Source of the DNA: Vicugna vicugna
Lineage: Eukaryota
Assembly: GCA_013265495.1 (NCBI GenBank)
Contig: MU057999.1
Location: 496,001 to 560,000, forward strand
DNA: 64,000 nucleotides
Direction of reading: 5' to 3'
Shown piece by piece: positions 13,155-25,961 of this stretch (positions are counted from its first letter, which is position 1; the number at the start of each line of letters is the position of its first letter). The notes under the pieces are model-generated. The model worked only from the letters and a program-made list of their open reading frames with translations, made no database searches and had not been told where the DNA came from. A program made the position numbers and the translations under genes.

Positions 13155-14849
13155 TTCACTTCTGTAATGATGTAGATAAATGGTTTTTCTTTGCCCCTCT
13201 AGCTTTTAAGAATTAGAGCAGTGTCTACTCCTTCCCTCCCTCCCACACACACTTTCTCACGAGCAGACACATACCTACATGAACACGCTCAGACCTCTTG
13301 TGGCTCCACATATTTTGAGCATGTACATAAAGCCATTTATGGGGGTTTAATCCGTGATTCATAAACAGAAGATTCTCATTAAGAATGGGCAGTGGCTCTT
13401 TAAGCTTGCAAAGTGCTTACAGCATTTAAAGGTAGAAAACTCTCAACGTTTTATTGGGAGGCTCATAGATTCACAGCAGACTCTGCATTTTAATATTAAA
13501 AGCTCAGCTCTGGTATTAAGCCCAAGAGGCAATAATCTGATATGACAGCAGCACTTTATTTGGGGCTTGGCGTAGAGTTTGTGGTTGAAAACATTTGTGT
13601 GGAGAATGAATGACACTTTCCTCCCATTTTTAACGACTAAATAAGGGAAATAAGGGTGTCAGGATGAAAAGCGATAAGGCAGAGCTTCAGAGGAAAATCA
13701 GTGACTTCAGGATACATAGCAAGGATTCCTGGATTATGTGTTGAAACAACTTGTAAGTTTCTATGTAAACTTCCACATAGCAGGGGACAGTCTCAGGCAA
13801 ATTTGTAACTTTACTGTGCGTGAAATTTCGTCTTTAATGTAAAGCTGTTTCTTGAGCCCATTTTTCAGAGGTAGCCACTGTTTCCCTCAGCCCACACAAA
13901 GCCAGCAGAGCCTGGGCTGTTGAGAGAGTAACACTTTGTCTCTGGGTCTCAAATTAGTTTCACTGAAACCCTATCTTTATGTAGGTCGGGGCTTCCTTTT
14001 TCCTTAAAAACTTTTTTCCACTTTGAAAACAAACAAACAAACAAACAAAAAAACCACTCTCCTATTTCCAGAAATTCCTTGCAATCCTTTATTTCCTGCT
14101 GGCTTCTTCAAGGGGGCATTTTTTGCTAATGAAGTTTCAAGATGATTTCTTAAAACTGTTATAAAGTTATGTAACTTTGCTGATTTAAAACTATTTTCTT
14201 TGCTAAATTCTTAACTGTTGAGTCTCTCTTTTCAGAACAGAGGCTCCTTAACTGTTGGTGGTCATAAAGGTGAAAACAGAGGACTTTACACCATATTGAT
14301 CTCGAATTTGTGAAGCTGCAAAGAATTCCAACCCATTTAGCATCTTCCCCCCTTTTCTGATCCCAGAGTTAATGGTCCTCTGCTTTGTAACAGAGGATCC
14401 TGTTTTAACCCTGCGAATGCATGTCATTTCACCCAAATTCATTTTTGAGCTCCAAGGGCTGGTTTCTGAGCTCCTGGGACATGTCTTCAAGAAGAGAACC
14501 TTGCACCAGGAGCCCGGGGTCCCAGCCCTTGACTCTGCCTTGGTTTCTCCAAAGCACAGAGCCTGCTGTGGGTGTCTCTCTGGTTCCTTCAGTCCCAGGC
14601 CCTGCTCCTGTCCTGGTATTCTGCCAGGCATTCTATTTCTAAAGGCCTTAGAGAAGAAAATTCTAGGATCCATGTTTCTTAAATGTTTCTGTCTATTAAC
14701 TCCGTAAAAATGTCTTCCTTCCATCACATAGGTCTTTTCAAACTCGTCAAGGCCCACTTCTTCAGCCACAGGGAGAGCTGATGCTGATCCACATAGAAGG
14801 GTTTACTTCTCTTCTTCGTAAATGTGGACTACCGTAATTATTTATTTGT

Positions 14850-15570
14850 TCCAGAATAAAAATTACGGGTACCGTGACCTGGGTAAGGTGGGGACCTGGC
14901 CACGGGCAGCTGTGAGGCTGAACTGAGAGGATGCCTGCCGAGGGGCGCTGCCCTCACTCGGCGTCTGTGATTTTGCGGCAGCCCGTCTCCTGCTGGGGCA
15001 AGTACTGGGAACCGGCTGTGCACTGGTACCCCCAGGGAGCAGCTTCAGACCTTGTGGAATCCTCCGTGGAACGCACAGGGCTATAAATAATGAAAAGAAT
15101 CAAGTGAAAATAGAGACTCAGAGCGAGTCTGGCTCCCTGTGATTCCGGTGGGGCGCTGGACACGGAGCATTTATTCCGACTCCCTCCTTTGCCCTCCCTC
15201 CTCCATCCGCGGGTTAAAAACAACTGAAAAAAAAAAAAAAAAAAAACTTCCCTGAACTTTCCCATTCCTCCGTGGCCTGGCTGCGAATGCTGAAATTCCA
15301 ACCCCTGTTTGTTGTCACCCGCGGGCCCGTTTCCATGGTTACCCAGATTCCAGGCGCTGGCCCAAGGCCCACCGCAACCCATCCCTCAAAGTCTCCTTGG
15401 CAGGGAAGACACATTCCTCCTCTCTGCGGAGCGCCAGAGCGGAGAAAGGCCCTCTCCTCCTCCCCGCAGCCCTGCGCCCCGCGCCGCCCACCCCACGCCC
15501 CGCGTCCGGTATGATGTGCGTGTTCTAGGTGGCTCTGTTCAGCCTCAGTTTGGGGGGTAAGCACCGTATA
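14850..15570. promoter_or_regulatory. Orphan CpG-rich regulatory element (putative enhancer or lncRNA promoter)
   Basis: Local CpG enrichment with no recognisable coding gene. Contains an X-box GTTTCCATGGTTAC (15329-15342), CATTCCT motifs (15263, 15412) and CTATAAATAA (15081-15090). Confidence 0.55.
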
Positions 15571-17143
15571 CCAATTTCCTCCATTTCCCTCTTCCTTGTT
15601 GAAGCTGAGGAATTACTTCTTCAGTCAAACATTACACCCTTGGCAAACACTCCAGATGGTTCTCATTAAAATTCCAGTTCCTTTTTTTTTTTTTGTAATT
15701 CCTTTTTTTCCCATTCTCCTCACATTGCTATCTCGAAAATAAACACCAGGTGGAAGACTGAAGGAAGGGTCCTGTGGTCATGAAGGAGCTCCCCCACCCC
15801 TGAACCCTCTTCTTGCCAGTGACCAGCTCTGCCCTTCATGGGGCTACCATAAATAGGCACCTGGGGTGAGGCATACTTGATGTTAAAGGTGCCCTTGGCC
15901 ATGGGCTCTCTGCCTCTACAGGAGAGCTTGCCAGGTGCCTGCTCCCCAGTAAGCCCAGGACCAGACTGTGCCTGCAGAGTGACTGGGGAGGGGGCAGCTG
16001 ATCACCCCAGATATTGTGCACTGAGGCCTCTCCAGGCTACTCAAGACACTGGCCACAAGAGTGAGACACACTGGCTCTAAGAAGCCAGAGGAAAGGATTG
16101 CCAATGCTTTTTGGCTATAATTGCAGCTGAGCAAGCCACAGGCTTTGCTCCCACATCTGGAAGAATCTGCTTGCGCAGGAAAAGTGTGTGTGTGTCTAAG
16201 GATGTGTATTTGATGTGTTTTTATTTCCAACTTTATATTATGAAAAAAATTTGAAAAATACAGAAACGTTGAAAGATTTGTATGATGAATATCCATAGCC
16301 TTCCACCTAGATTCAACAACTGTTACATTTCGTCGTATTTGCTTTCTCTCTTTCTTTCTCTCTCTGGGTGGATGGATAGATGATAGATCAATCCATCAAT
16401 CTCTATGTCAAATATCTGGGCATCTGAAAGTTTGAATCTTGCTGCTGTAGTGTTTTCTAACCTTTTAATTTAGGTATTACAAATTTTATGAGTACATTCT
16501 TATTGTAAAATATTCAAACACTCAAATAAGACAGAAGATTAGAGTAGAAACGAAAGCCCTGGACTGGTCCCTACTCAGCCCATCCCCCTCACCCCGCAGG
16601 GAAGCTTGGTTTGTGTCCTTCCTGACTTTCGTCTGATTTTTTGCAGACTTACGTATGTTTACATAGGAACATATACTTTTGTTATATGCATTTTTAAACG
16701 TAAATGGAATCATACTATACACGCTTTTTTTGCAATTTGTTCTTCACTTGCAAAGCTGCCTGAGATCTTTCCATATTAGTACTTGGAGCTCTGCCTCCTT
16801 CTTTACTGTGGAGTTTTCAAAGAATGGTCATACAGTAATTTCTGTAACTTTTCCCTTTTGATGGACATTTCAGATACTTACTATTATTTTTCCATTACTC
16901 ACAATGAGGCAATTAATATCCATGGGAGATGTTTTAGTGGTATGTAGTATTTTTTATATTAGTATTTCTCTTTGACAGATGTGTAGAGGTCGAAGGCTGG
17001 GTTGGATGTGACGTCTGTTTCACATTTGGATAAATACTATCAAACTACTTTTCAAAATGGCTGCTCCAATGTACACATCCCCCCAGAGAGAGCCCACTTG
17101 CCCTCACCCTCACCAACGTTGAATTTTATCAATCAATCTTTTT

Positions 17144-17369
17144 TTTTAACATTTTTTATTGAGTAATAGTCATTTTACAATGTTTTGTCAAATTCCAGTG
17201 TAGAGCACAATTTTTCAGTTATACATGAACATACATTCATTGTCACATTTCTTTTTCGCTGTGAGCTACGACAAGATCTTGTATATGTTTCCCTGTGCTA
17301 TACAGTGTAATCTTGTTTATCTGTTCTGCATTTTGAAATCCCTGTCTGTCCCTTCCCACCCTTCAGTCT
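17144..17369 (-). mobile_element. Short young L1 3' end nested in an older L1
   Basis: L1 3' UTR sequence. TSD TCAATCTTTTT at 17133-17143 and 17370-17380, followed by AAA. Confidence 0.8.
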
Positions 17370-19035
17370 TCAATCTTTTTAAATGTTTGCATTCTGATGA
17401 ATGAGAAACGATGTCATTGTTGGTTTAATTTGCATTTCTTTGATTATTTGTAATGTTGATCATTGTACCAGAATTCAGCTACAGATGATGGAAACCACTC
17501 TAGTTAGTTTATGTAGAAAGATTGGTAGAAAGTGGGTAGGGGAACTACGTGAATAAATAAGGGATTAGTTGCTTACAATTTTATCAGATTAGGTGGGAGA
17601 ACAGGTTCTAGGTTGGGCTTCTTGGACTGACTCCCAGAACTCTAGCTCAGAACGGACCCAGCAAAGGAGTCTCCCCTTCTGCCATGACCAGGAAACTGGG
17701 GGTTGGGGAAGCTGTGCCCCAAGTGCTGACTCGGTAATCTGGAATCCAGGAAACCTCAGCCACACCTGGTCTCCAGGCCCACACTGCGTCAGCTGCATAA
17801 TGAATGCCCCAGACCCTGTCCACAACAGCCATGAAGCTAGAAACTACATCTAGACACTGAGATCTCTGCTATGTTGATGAAGGGAAAAAAACAAACCAAG
17901 CCAAACATGAAAAATAAGGACCGCGTCCCCCCCCCCCCACCGTCAACCCTACATGCCAGCAGAGACAGTAGATCTCTTGAGGGTACATCTGCCCAGGGGA
18001 AGCCAGGTCACATGCGAAGCTCAACTCTAAGAAAGCCTGGAAATTGTACACGTAGCTTTTCAGTCTCTAGTATGTGGCAATGCAAGCTACAAAGTGGTAG
18101 GCATGGAGCTGCGTGAATCAATCTGAAAAATCTGCCATGATGTTTCTTATTTTTATTTTCCTGTAACTTGTCTGATTACACATATTGCCTATTTTTCTCT
18201 TTGGGTTACTTTTTCTTATTAATTTGTAGAAGCTTTCTGGGTTATCTGGAAAATAATCTTTGTTATATATATTAAGACGAACTTCTATTCTTTAAGTGTT
18301 ATGTCCTTCATCATGTAGAAGTCTTGAATTTATCCATTTTTATGCTTTCTGGTTCCTAAGTGTTGTAGCTTTCAGAAGGCCTCTCCTATCTCAAGGTTTC
18401 TGAAGTATTCAACTACATTTTCTCCTAACATCTTTAAAAATTTTTTATGTCTAATTCTTTAAACCATCTCAAATATACAGTGTGAGGTAGGGCTCTAACT
18501 TAGTATTTGTTTTCCCAAATGGAAAACCAATTGTCCCAGCATAATTTGTTGAATGAATTTACTTTATTATACTTTAAATTTGCAGAAGTTTTAAAAATAT
18601 AGAATGACTTCTTAGCTTTTTCTGATGCAGACCCAGGGTAAAGCTTACAAAAAATTAACTTGTTATCACTTCACATTTTCATTCTCTTTAAAATAGGGGT
18701 TTGGCATTTCCTAAAGCAGAGATAGGACAAGGTTATTTACCTTAATCAAAGCCCTTGATTGGATCCCCCTTTTTTCAAGACCTAGGTTTAATCTCTATTG
18801 ACTAGCCCTTTGTCTGCTCAACATCCATCATGGGCCTTTCTAATCTTTCTTCCTTTCTCCGTTGCCTAGAAGGGAGGTCAAAATATTTGACTTGGCTGAC
18901 AAAAGCAGAAAACATGTACATATATCTATGTCAGCACTTTCTTTATGACATTGTAACAATCTGTTTATGATGCTTCTCTCACCTACTGGCGTTTCTAAGT
19001 GTAGTCACCATCAATCTTTTAGATAGAACAATTCT

Positions 19036-19313
19036 TTTTTATTGAAGTATAGTCAGTTTACCACGTGTCAATTTCTGGTGTATAGCATAATATTTCAGTC
19101 ATACATATACATAGACACATTCTTTTTCATGTTCTTTTTCCTTATAGGTTACAACAAGATATTGAATATAGTTCCCTGTGCAATGCAGTATAAACTTGTT
19201 TATCTATCCCATATGTAGTCATTAGTATCTGCAGATCTCGAACTCCCAATTTATCCCTTCCCACCCCTTGCCCTCCCCCATCCCTTCCCTGGTAACCATA
19301 AGTTAGTTTTCTA
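19036..19313 (-). mobile_element. L1 3' end
   Basis: attgaagtatagtcagttt...ggtaaccataag closely resembles the 3' UTR at 12010-12260. Confidence 0.85.
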
Positions 19314-19329
19314 GTAAATGTGCTTGCAT

Positions 19330-19418
19330 TTGTTGTTGTTGTTAATGGAGATACTAGGGATTGAACCCAGGACCTAGTGTGTGCTAAGCAGGCACTCTAC
19401 CACTGAGCTGTAGCCCCC
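19330..19418 (-). mobile_element. tRNA-derived SINE (Vic-1-like), short form
   Basis: A and B boxes (CAGCTCAGTGGTAGAG...GGTTCAATCC) with an (AAC)n tail. Confidence 0.85.
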
Positions 19419-19796
19419 ACAGGACTATTCTCTATTGCAGTATATAACAGCTCTGGCTGTTCACATACCACTAAATGCAGCAGTAATCTCTGAAACCTCC
19501 CCTCCCCCTAATCCCAGTCACTGTAACAACTCAAATTTCCCACGTTTCCAAACTAAGAGCAGCTCTGCCTCTTAGTTGAAAGGCAGTGAGATAGGAAAGG
19601 AAAAACTGGGATTGAATCAGAAATGATAGGATATCATTACTAAGGGACCTTCTCAACTCCCCTTCTAATGTCTAGATGGCCACATCCAGCCAGTCTTTCA
19701 AAGGCTATCTTTACTACAAAGCGTTTCTAAATTCCCTCATCTCTAGATTTCTTCCTCTTGTGATTACCCTCTTCCATGGCATTATCTTTATAATCC

Positions 19797-19870
19797 ATGC
19801 ATCTGTGCACCCATGCTTCCATCCATCCATCCATGCCTCCATCCATCCATCCATCCATCCATCCATCCAC
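19797..19870. repeat. (TCCA)n microsatellite at an L2 tail
   Basis: Repeated catc/tcca units, visible directly. Confidence 0.9.
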
Positions 19871-20799
19871 CCCTGTATCTATTGATCCAGTAAGTATTCA
19901 TTGAGCACTTGCAGTGCACCAGGCACACTGACTACTTTCTTCTTAGCTTCTGATTCTTTACATGAGTGTCTTATCTGATCTAACATGTTGTAATCTCAGG
20001 TAAAATCCCACATCTAATCTACTTTGGCATCTCCCATAGTGCTTTATACAAAGCTAGTGCTCTGCTGAATATCAGTAGGATGAAAGTTAGTGAATGCTGA
20101 CCCAAGGTTTAAGGTACATTCCCAATCTTTATCCAAAGGCAGTGGGAATTTTTTTTTTTAAAGCAATGCCATTCTGAGTTTCACAATATCTACATTATTA
20201 TTTTAATTACCCATAACCCCAACACAATTCTTTTCCAGAAGGAGATAGAGTAAGGTGTGACAATTTCCTTCATGGATAGTCTAATCTTGTCACAAGAGGC
20301 AATGACTGCCAATCATTTTTTGTCTTTCCTTCTAGAGTTACAAAAACATGTTTATGTACATTTGCTTACAGATAATGCCTACATGTATGTTTATAATGTT
20401 GAAATTAGCACGTTAAGAGCTATATGAAATAGGAATTTAAGAATAAGCTGTGAATTTATGCGGTAAATTATGATGTCTAACTTAAGTGTATACAGTTCTT
20501 TATAACTACAAAACAGTCCAGAATTCATTGTACTCATTTTACTCACCAACTCTGTACTGTAGGCTCAGAGAGGTTGACAGGCAGGCTTCTGGTCACACAG
20601 CTGGTAAATGGTAGTACTAGAACTTGAACCCAGATGTTCTGCCTTCTAATGTGTTGCTGTTTCTACTATGTAACATAACCCCTGAGGATTATTTAGGAAT
20701 GGTTATTTACATAATAAAAGTATTCTTTGACTTGACTTCAGAATATCTGTGTAGAATTTTTGGGAAATGCTTATTTTATTTTATTGAAAACAAACAATA

Positions 20800-21075
20800 G
20801 CAATATTCACCAAGTGCTTACCATGTGCCAGAAACTGTTCTCAGCACTTTACCTGCATGGTCTCATTTGATCCTCCAATGAGCCTGTCATGTGAGCAGTA
20901 TTGTCAGCTGTTTCCAACACAGAAATTGAGGTTCAGGAAGGTAAGTAACTTGTCTGGGATGGACAGCTGTTGGGCTATGCTGGGTTTTTCTTTTTTTTTT
21001 TTTCCTCTCTATGCTGGGTTTTGAGCCTAGGTCTTTCTGCCTCCCAAGTCTGTATTCTAGCCACTATACTTTGCA
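20800..21075 (-). mobile_element. MIR SINE (representative; other MIR cores at about 300-400, 8550-8700, 20530-20670, 28230-28450, 30880-31070, 38340-38520 and 52990-53130)
   Basis: gtgcttaccatgtgccag...tctcatttgatcctc...gaaattgaggttcagg...taacttg. Confidence 0.75.
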
Positions 21076-21147
21076 GCAGCCTATATACATTTTACTTACA
21101 TGTAATTTCACATAAGTAACTATTATGTAAAATAAAACAAGACACAA

Positions 21148-21321
21148 GGGGAGGGTATAGCTCAGTGGTAGAGTGCTTGCTTAGCATACATGAGGCCCTG
21201 GGTTCGATGCCCAGTACCTCCATTAAGAATAACTAAATAAAAAGTTTTAAAAAGAAAGTAAATAAATAAACCTAATTACCTACTCACATATCCCCCCCAA
21301 AAAAGTAAAAAATTAATAAAT
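21148..21321 (+). mobile_element. tRNA-derived SINE (Vic-1-like)
   Basis: GGGGAGGGTATAGCTCAGTGGTAGAG...GGTTCGATGCC with an A-rich tail. TSD aagacacaa / aagatgcaa is consistent with CpG decay. Confidence 0.9.
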
Positions 21322-23021
21322 AAAGATGCAAACATGATGCGTGTTCTACTTTACAGGAATTTGCAACGTGAAAGAAGAAAGAGAAATCTAATGTAGAAAG
21401 ACAAATATTTAAGTAAATGCTTGAATAAGAGAAAGGGAGAAAAAACAGCAAGAAAGAGAAATAGGAATGTAGACAGAGAAAGACTGATTCCTTGATTGTT
21501 TAAAAGACAAAAGAAACTGGGTAAGTTTCTCAGGTAGTTCTCAGTGGGAGGAGATGGGGCCAGAGCCACAGCACTTCCAATTTGGTCACGAGGCCAGTCC
21601 ATCTGGGACCCTCCAGCCCGGCCCAGGGCTCATTGCTCTTGTACTCCTGGGCTAGGAACCTAGACTTGTGAGCACTGAATCTCCCAGAGGGCAGCCCTGG
21701 GTGAGCAGCAGCTGTGAGAGGAGAGGAAGGAGTATCCTCCAACATCCACAGAGACCTGAGAGTTGAAAGTTTGAGAGCTAGGAGGAGAGCGGCTGGGAAC
21801 ACAAAACCCAAGAAGATGGGGCTGGAGAGAAGGGCCTCACCAGGCAGGCCCGTTCCCATCTGTCCGGGCTGAGCTGGGGGAGGCTGCGTGGGGTGTGACT
21901 GGATGACAGATAGAAGGGCATCCCCACTGGCAAAGAGGCAGGGATGCTCGCTCTTCCTCAAGATGTCCTGCCCAGTTAGATGCATGCCCTTAGAGTGAGC
22001 ACTGATCTGTGAGCATGGCGGTGGGGGCAGGGGAAGTGCTCAAGACTAACAGGACAGGTAGGGAGGCAGCATGGGCAGAGATGCCGGGAGAGCCGAGGCA
22101 AGACTGTGGCATGGGCAGAGGAAAACCCCTTTTGCCCTTGGGTTGTGGCAGCACGGTAGAGGGGAGCTGAGTCACTAGGGGAGGCGTGGGATAACTGGGA
22201 TGGGTTTACACATCAACCTCCCTCACTTCCTTTCCAGTCATTTGGCTGTTTTCAAATTCTCCACCCTTTGCCATCTCCTCGCCTCCCCCATCAAATCCAG
22301 TCTGTGTGCATTGCATGCAGATGCGTCTTTGGGTATATTCGCACACAGTTGGCTCTAGGAAAGGGTAATACTAGCCAAAAACAGAGGAAATTGTGACTCT
22401 CTGACTATTTTGACCTATAATAACAGCTTTTTCATAGGACTCAACACAGAACGGTAAACTAAACAAAAACCTGGGTAGAACCTGTCATGAATGAACCCGT
22501 GGACCATGCTTCCCAGCTCTGTAGCTGTGCTTCTCTTATCTTTACTCCAGTCGAAGCTTGATTCTGAGCCACCTGCACTGCTGTTCCCAGCACGGCAGAA
22601 TGCAGATCCATGTAGTAGTTGGCCGAGCTCCAGGTGAAGTGTAGGCCAGGGCCTGCCTAGGACTGGGCAACCCCTCTCTTCAAGTTCTCTGAGCCATCCA
22701 CAGAATCTCTTGCTGCACTTTCAGTGTGTCTACGTACCCCTTACTCCAAGGGCAGCTCTGCTAACTTCTGGGTGGCTGGGATGATGGAGGAGCTCAGGAA
22801 ACCATTTAGGCAATTACACTGCATCATTTTGGGAGGAACCAGAATACCGTTCAGGCTGCCTGAATTTTCGTCTGTCCCATCTTTCTTCTTGCTTTTCCTG
22901 GACCTGCCTGCTTTTCTGTCACCCCAAAGGCTGATGCTCACAGTATCTTGAGTTCTCACTCCCAAGGTGAGGGCACTTGCTGGGTCGAGTTAGTTACCAT
23001 CCAACATGGAATCCTACAGCC

Positions 23022-23178
23022 AAGGACCAGCTAACTAATTTATGACCCCCCAGTATGAAATGAAAACAGGAGCTGCTTGTTCAAATGTGATTAAGAGTTT
23101 CAAGACAGCCGCAGCAGAGCCCACTGTGTGCGGGGCCTGTGAGATTGCACAGGCTGTGTGCCCGTGAAGCCAGTCCTG
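23022..23178. mobile_element. MER91A-like hAT element
   Basis: Ends aggaccagcta ... tgaagccagtcctg, with internal ttaagagtttcaagac and tgcacagg motifs. Confidence 0.65.
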
Positions 23179-25554
23179 GCTGGCTCAGGTGCAGAGGCCG
23201 AGGCCATCATCTGGGGCCAGGAAGGCCACAATGTGATGTCCCCTCAAGAGACCACCCAGCTGCCTTTCTCTGCCAGTCCCCACCTCCCCACTACTTTCCA
23301 GAGGAGCCCATGGATGGGGTACAGCGTGGCAAGGAACTGGGACTGAATTTAGCTGTGTAAAGCAGGGTCAGATCAGGAAAGGAAGCTTTGGAAAATGGTC
23401 TTTCAAGAGTCAATCCAGGATGCTGCCTAAATTCTCCAAAGAAATTAACACAAAGAGCTGGGAAATAGCACAGTAGAGTCCCCAGGCCCTACTGTGAGGT
23501 GGGGTCACAGGTGGGCAAAAATCCTGATTCTGACTATGTTTCTGTAACCAAAGTTCTGAACACCCTTTCCTTCCATGTGCCCTCTTGGCGCCCCACAAAG
23601 CAAGAGTGAGGCGCCCACTAGGTGAGCTGCCCAGTCCAAGCGTGACCGGCCAGAATTCCAGGGATTCACGCAAACCCAGACCCAGCACACTGGGACTCCA
23701 GATATGCAGAACCAGTCCCAAGCAAAACACCGCATTTATTCAGGACCTTCAGTTAGAATTTTCTTCGAGTTCTGCCAGCAATTCAGACTTTCTTAAAGGA
23801 ACCCAGCGTCCCCTGCTGGGTACTAAGTAACACTGACATCGAGCTGTGAAAGCGTCAAAAATCTGAAAACACACCTTGGGGATTTAACTTCGGATACAAG
23901 CCAGTGACAATATGACTCATGGTGGTAAAATTGTGAGTTATATGATTTATATATGGGTTTGGTTTTTAATGCATCAAGATTCCTAGGTTCCTAACAAGAA
24001 GTTTTTCAGTTCTTTATCTCAATGATAAAAGGAGGTAAATAATTGGAAGTTCTAAGTAATCCAGTAGGATTGTCTTCCTACTACAGCATGGAGTGGCCCC
24101 AGAAGGGTTTTTCAGGGGATGTCACATGGTCCAGGAGGAGGACATGGGTTTTAGGATCAGACAGCCTAGGTTGGAATCCATTTACTATCTGAGTGACTTT
24201 AACTTGGAACAAGTTATTCAATTTGAAGTCGCCATCTCCTGCTCCATAAGGACAATAACACTCACCTCAAGAAGTGGACTCGAGGGCTGGACCTCCCCTC
24301 CGTTTGGCTTTCGGGCTAAAGCCCAAAGAGGCGTGCAGTTAACTGTGTCGTTGTTACTGCATTATTAAGAAGAGGGTTTAGGTTGTGCTTCAAAGGATAG
24401 GCAGCTCCGGGACCAGATTCTATTTCTAGAGGACAGAGGCTGCATCTGGAGCACCCGTCTGGCTCAGAGAATTCGCTCTTTGGTCACAGGGCAGTGCTCA
24501 CACTGAGCACCCGAGTCTCTTTTGAAACACAACCGCCACCATCCGGGGTCCTGGCTTCATGACATTCACCTCTCACCATGCACGTCTGGGCAATTACCTC
24601 TGAGATACCCCAAGTCCCTCTACTTCCACCTCCATCTTGCTGGTTCAGGCCATCACCATTCCTCACTTAGGCTAAGGCAATGCTCTTCTGTCTTTCCACT
24701 TCTATTCTTACCTGCTCAAACCCGGAGTGACTTTCGTTAAAAAAAGTTATGATCAGGCAGCTCCCCCGCCCCCCTCCTGCCTACCCACCCACCTTACTTG
24801 TGACGCTAGTCCCACCTCCGGGCTTTATGCAATTTGCTCTCTGCCATCAATCCTCACCCCCCAATTCACTCCCCGGCTACACTTACGCATCCATCGGGGG
24901 TTGGCTCCCAGACGACCAGAAGGGTACAAGTAATATCGCTCTTTCTTATTTTCTTCAGAGCAAATTAAATCTTTCTGGCTCCATTCTACTGTGCTACAGC
25001 AGAACTTAAATCTGTGGTCGCTTGGGTGTCCTTTCCTCTTTCAGGGTCTCACAAGCATTTAGGATGCTCATAAATGAGCTGGAAAATGGGCGAGGACCTC
25101 TGCTCTTCAGTCCATCTGCCTCCCAGCTGCCATCTTCACCACCAACTCCGAGGGGTCCTTGAAGGAGGAGGTCCCAGTGCTTGGGGGTCTTTAGGCTGGG
25201 AGACTCAGGTTGACTTCAGGTTTCATGTAAGAACACCCCAAAACCACACTCCTTTGAAGTTCACCATCTCACTGGGACCACCAGCGACTGGGGTGCAGAC
25301 TTCCACCACTCCTAAGAGGTTCCTCCTTTCCCTCCCTCCCCTGCTCCCTGAACAAGGGGTACAGTTGTTTTGAGAACATCTGCTCTCTGCAGTGAACAGG
25401 AAGCACTAAGAACCCGGCTACTTCCTTGGAGAATGGGAACCATCCAGAAATAAAATATTTGAAATTATGCGCTCTGAAAGCTATTTATCACAAGGTATAA
25501 AAGCTGTGATTATCCAATCTAAATCAGGTCCCTGAGTCATGCTCTCTCTACCCT

Positions 25555-25961
25555 GCAGTAGTCACCGTTGGGCCCAGAACCCCTTTGCCTGGTCTGCCTG
25601 TGCACCTGTTCCCTGGCTGTGTGGCTGCCTAGAGTCCACCTTGCTCTGTCCTCTGGAGAGCCCTGTTCCCCGGCAATGCCAGGTTATGCCCTCCCTAGGG
25701 GATGGCAGGAAGGCAGAGCCAATGACTGATCGCCGCACCCTGAGCATCTTGCCTTAAGGTGGAAAGTTTCTTGATGACATCATGCTCTGTAGCTCCCGGA
25801 GGATCAGGCAGAGGCCAGACTTCAGCTGAAGCCAGATCCTTGTTCAATGTCTTCCCCTGCCCTATTCTGCTTCCCTCCAGGTTTCTCCTGAGAGCATAGT
25901 CTCAGTAAGTTCCTTGCACAAGAAACTGTCTCAGGCTTTGCTTCTAGGAACCTAGGTGACA
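25555..25961 (+). mobile_element. ERVL LTR (LTR16C-like)
   Basis: ggatcaggcagaggccagactt...tctcaggctttgcttctaggaacctaggtgaCA. Confidence 0.55.

Noticed and set aside
14248..14769. 173-aa minus-strand ORF beside the CpG-rich element
   Set aside because: Starts at GTG rather than ATG and resembles no protein I recognise. Treated as a chance ORF.
15847..15857. CCATAAATAGG as a CArG box
   Set aside because: It has seven A/T bases between CC and GG rather than six.
21148..21222. tRNA-Ala-like sequence as a real tRNA gene
   Set aside because: It has a SINE tail and TSD and occurs in several diverged copies in the window.
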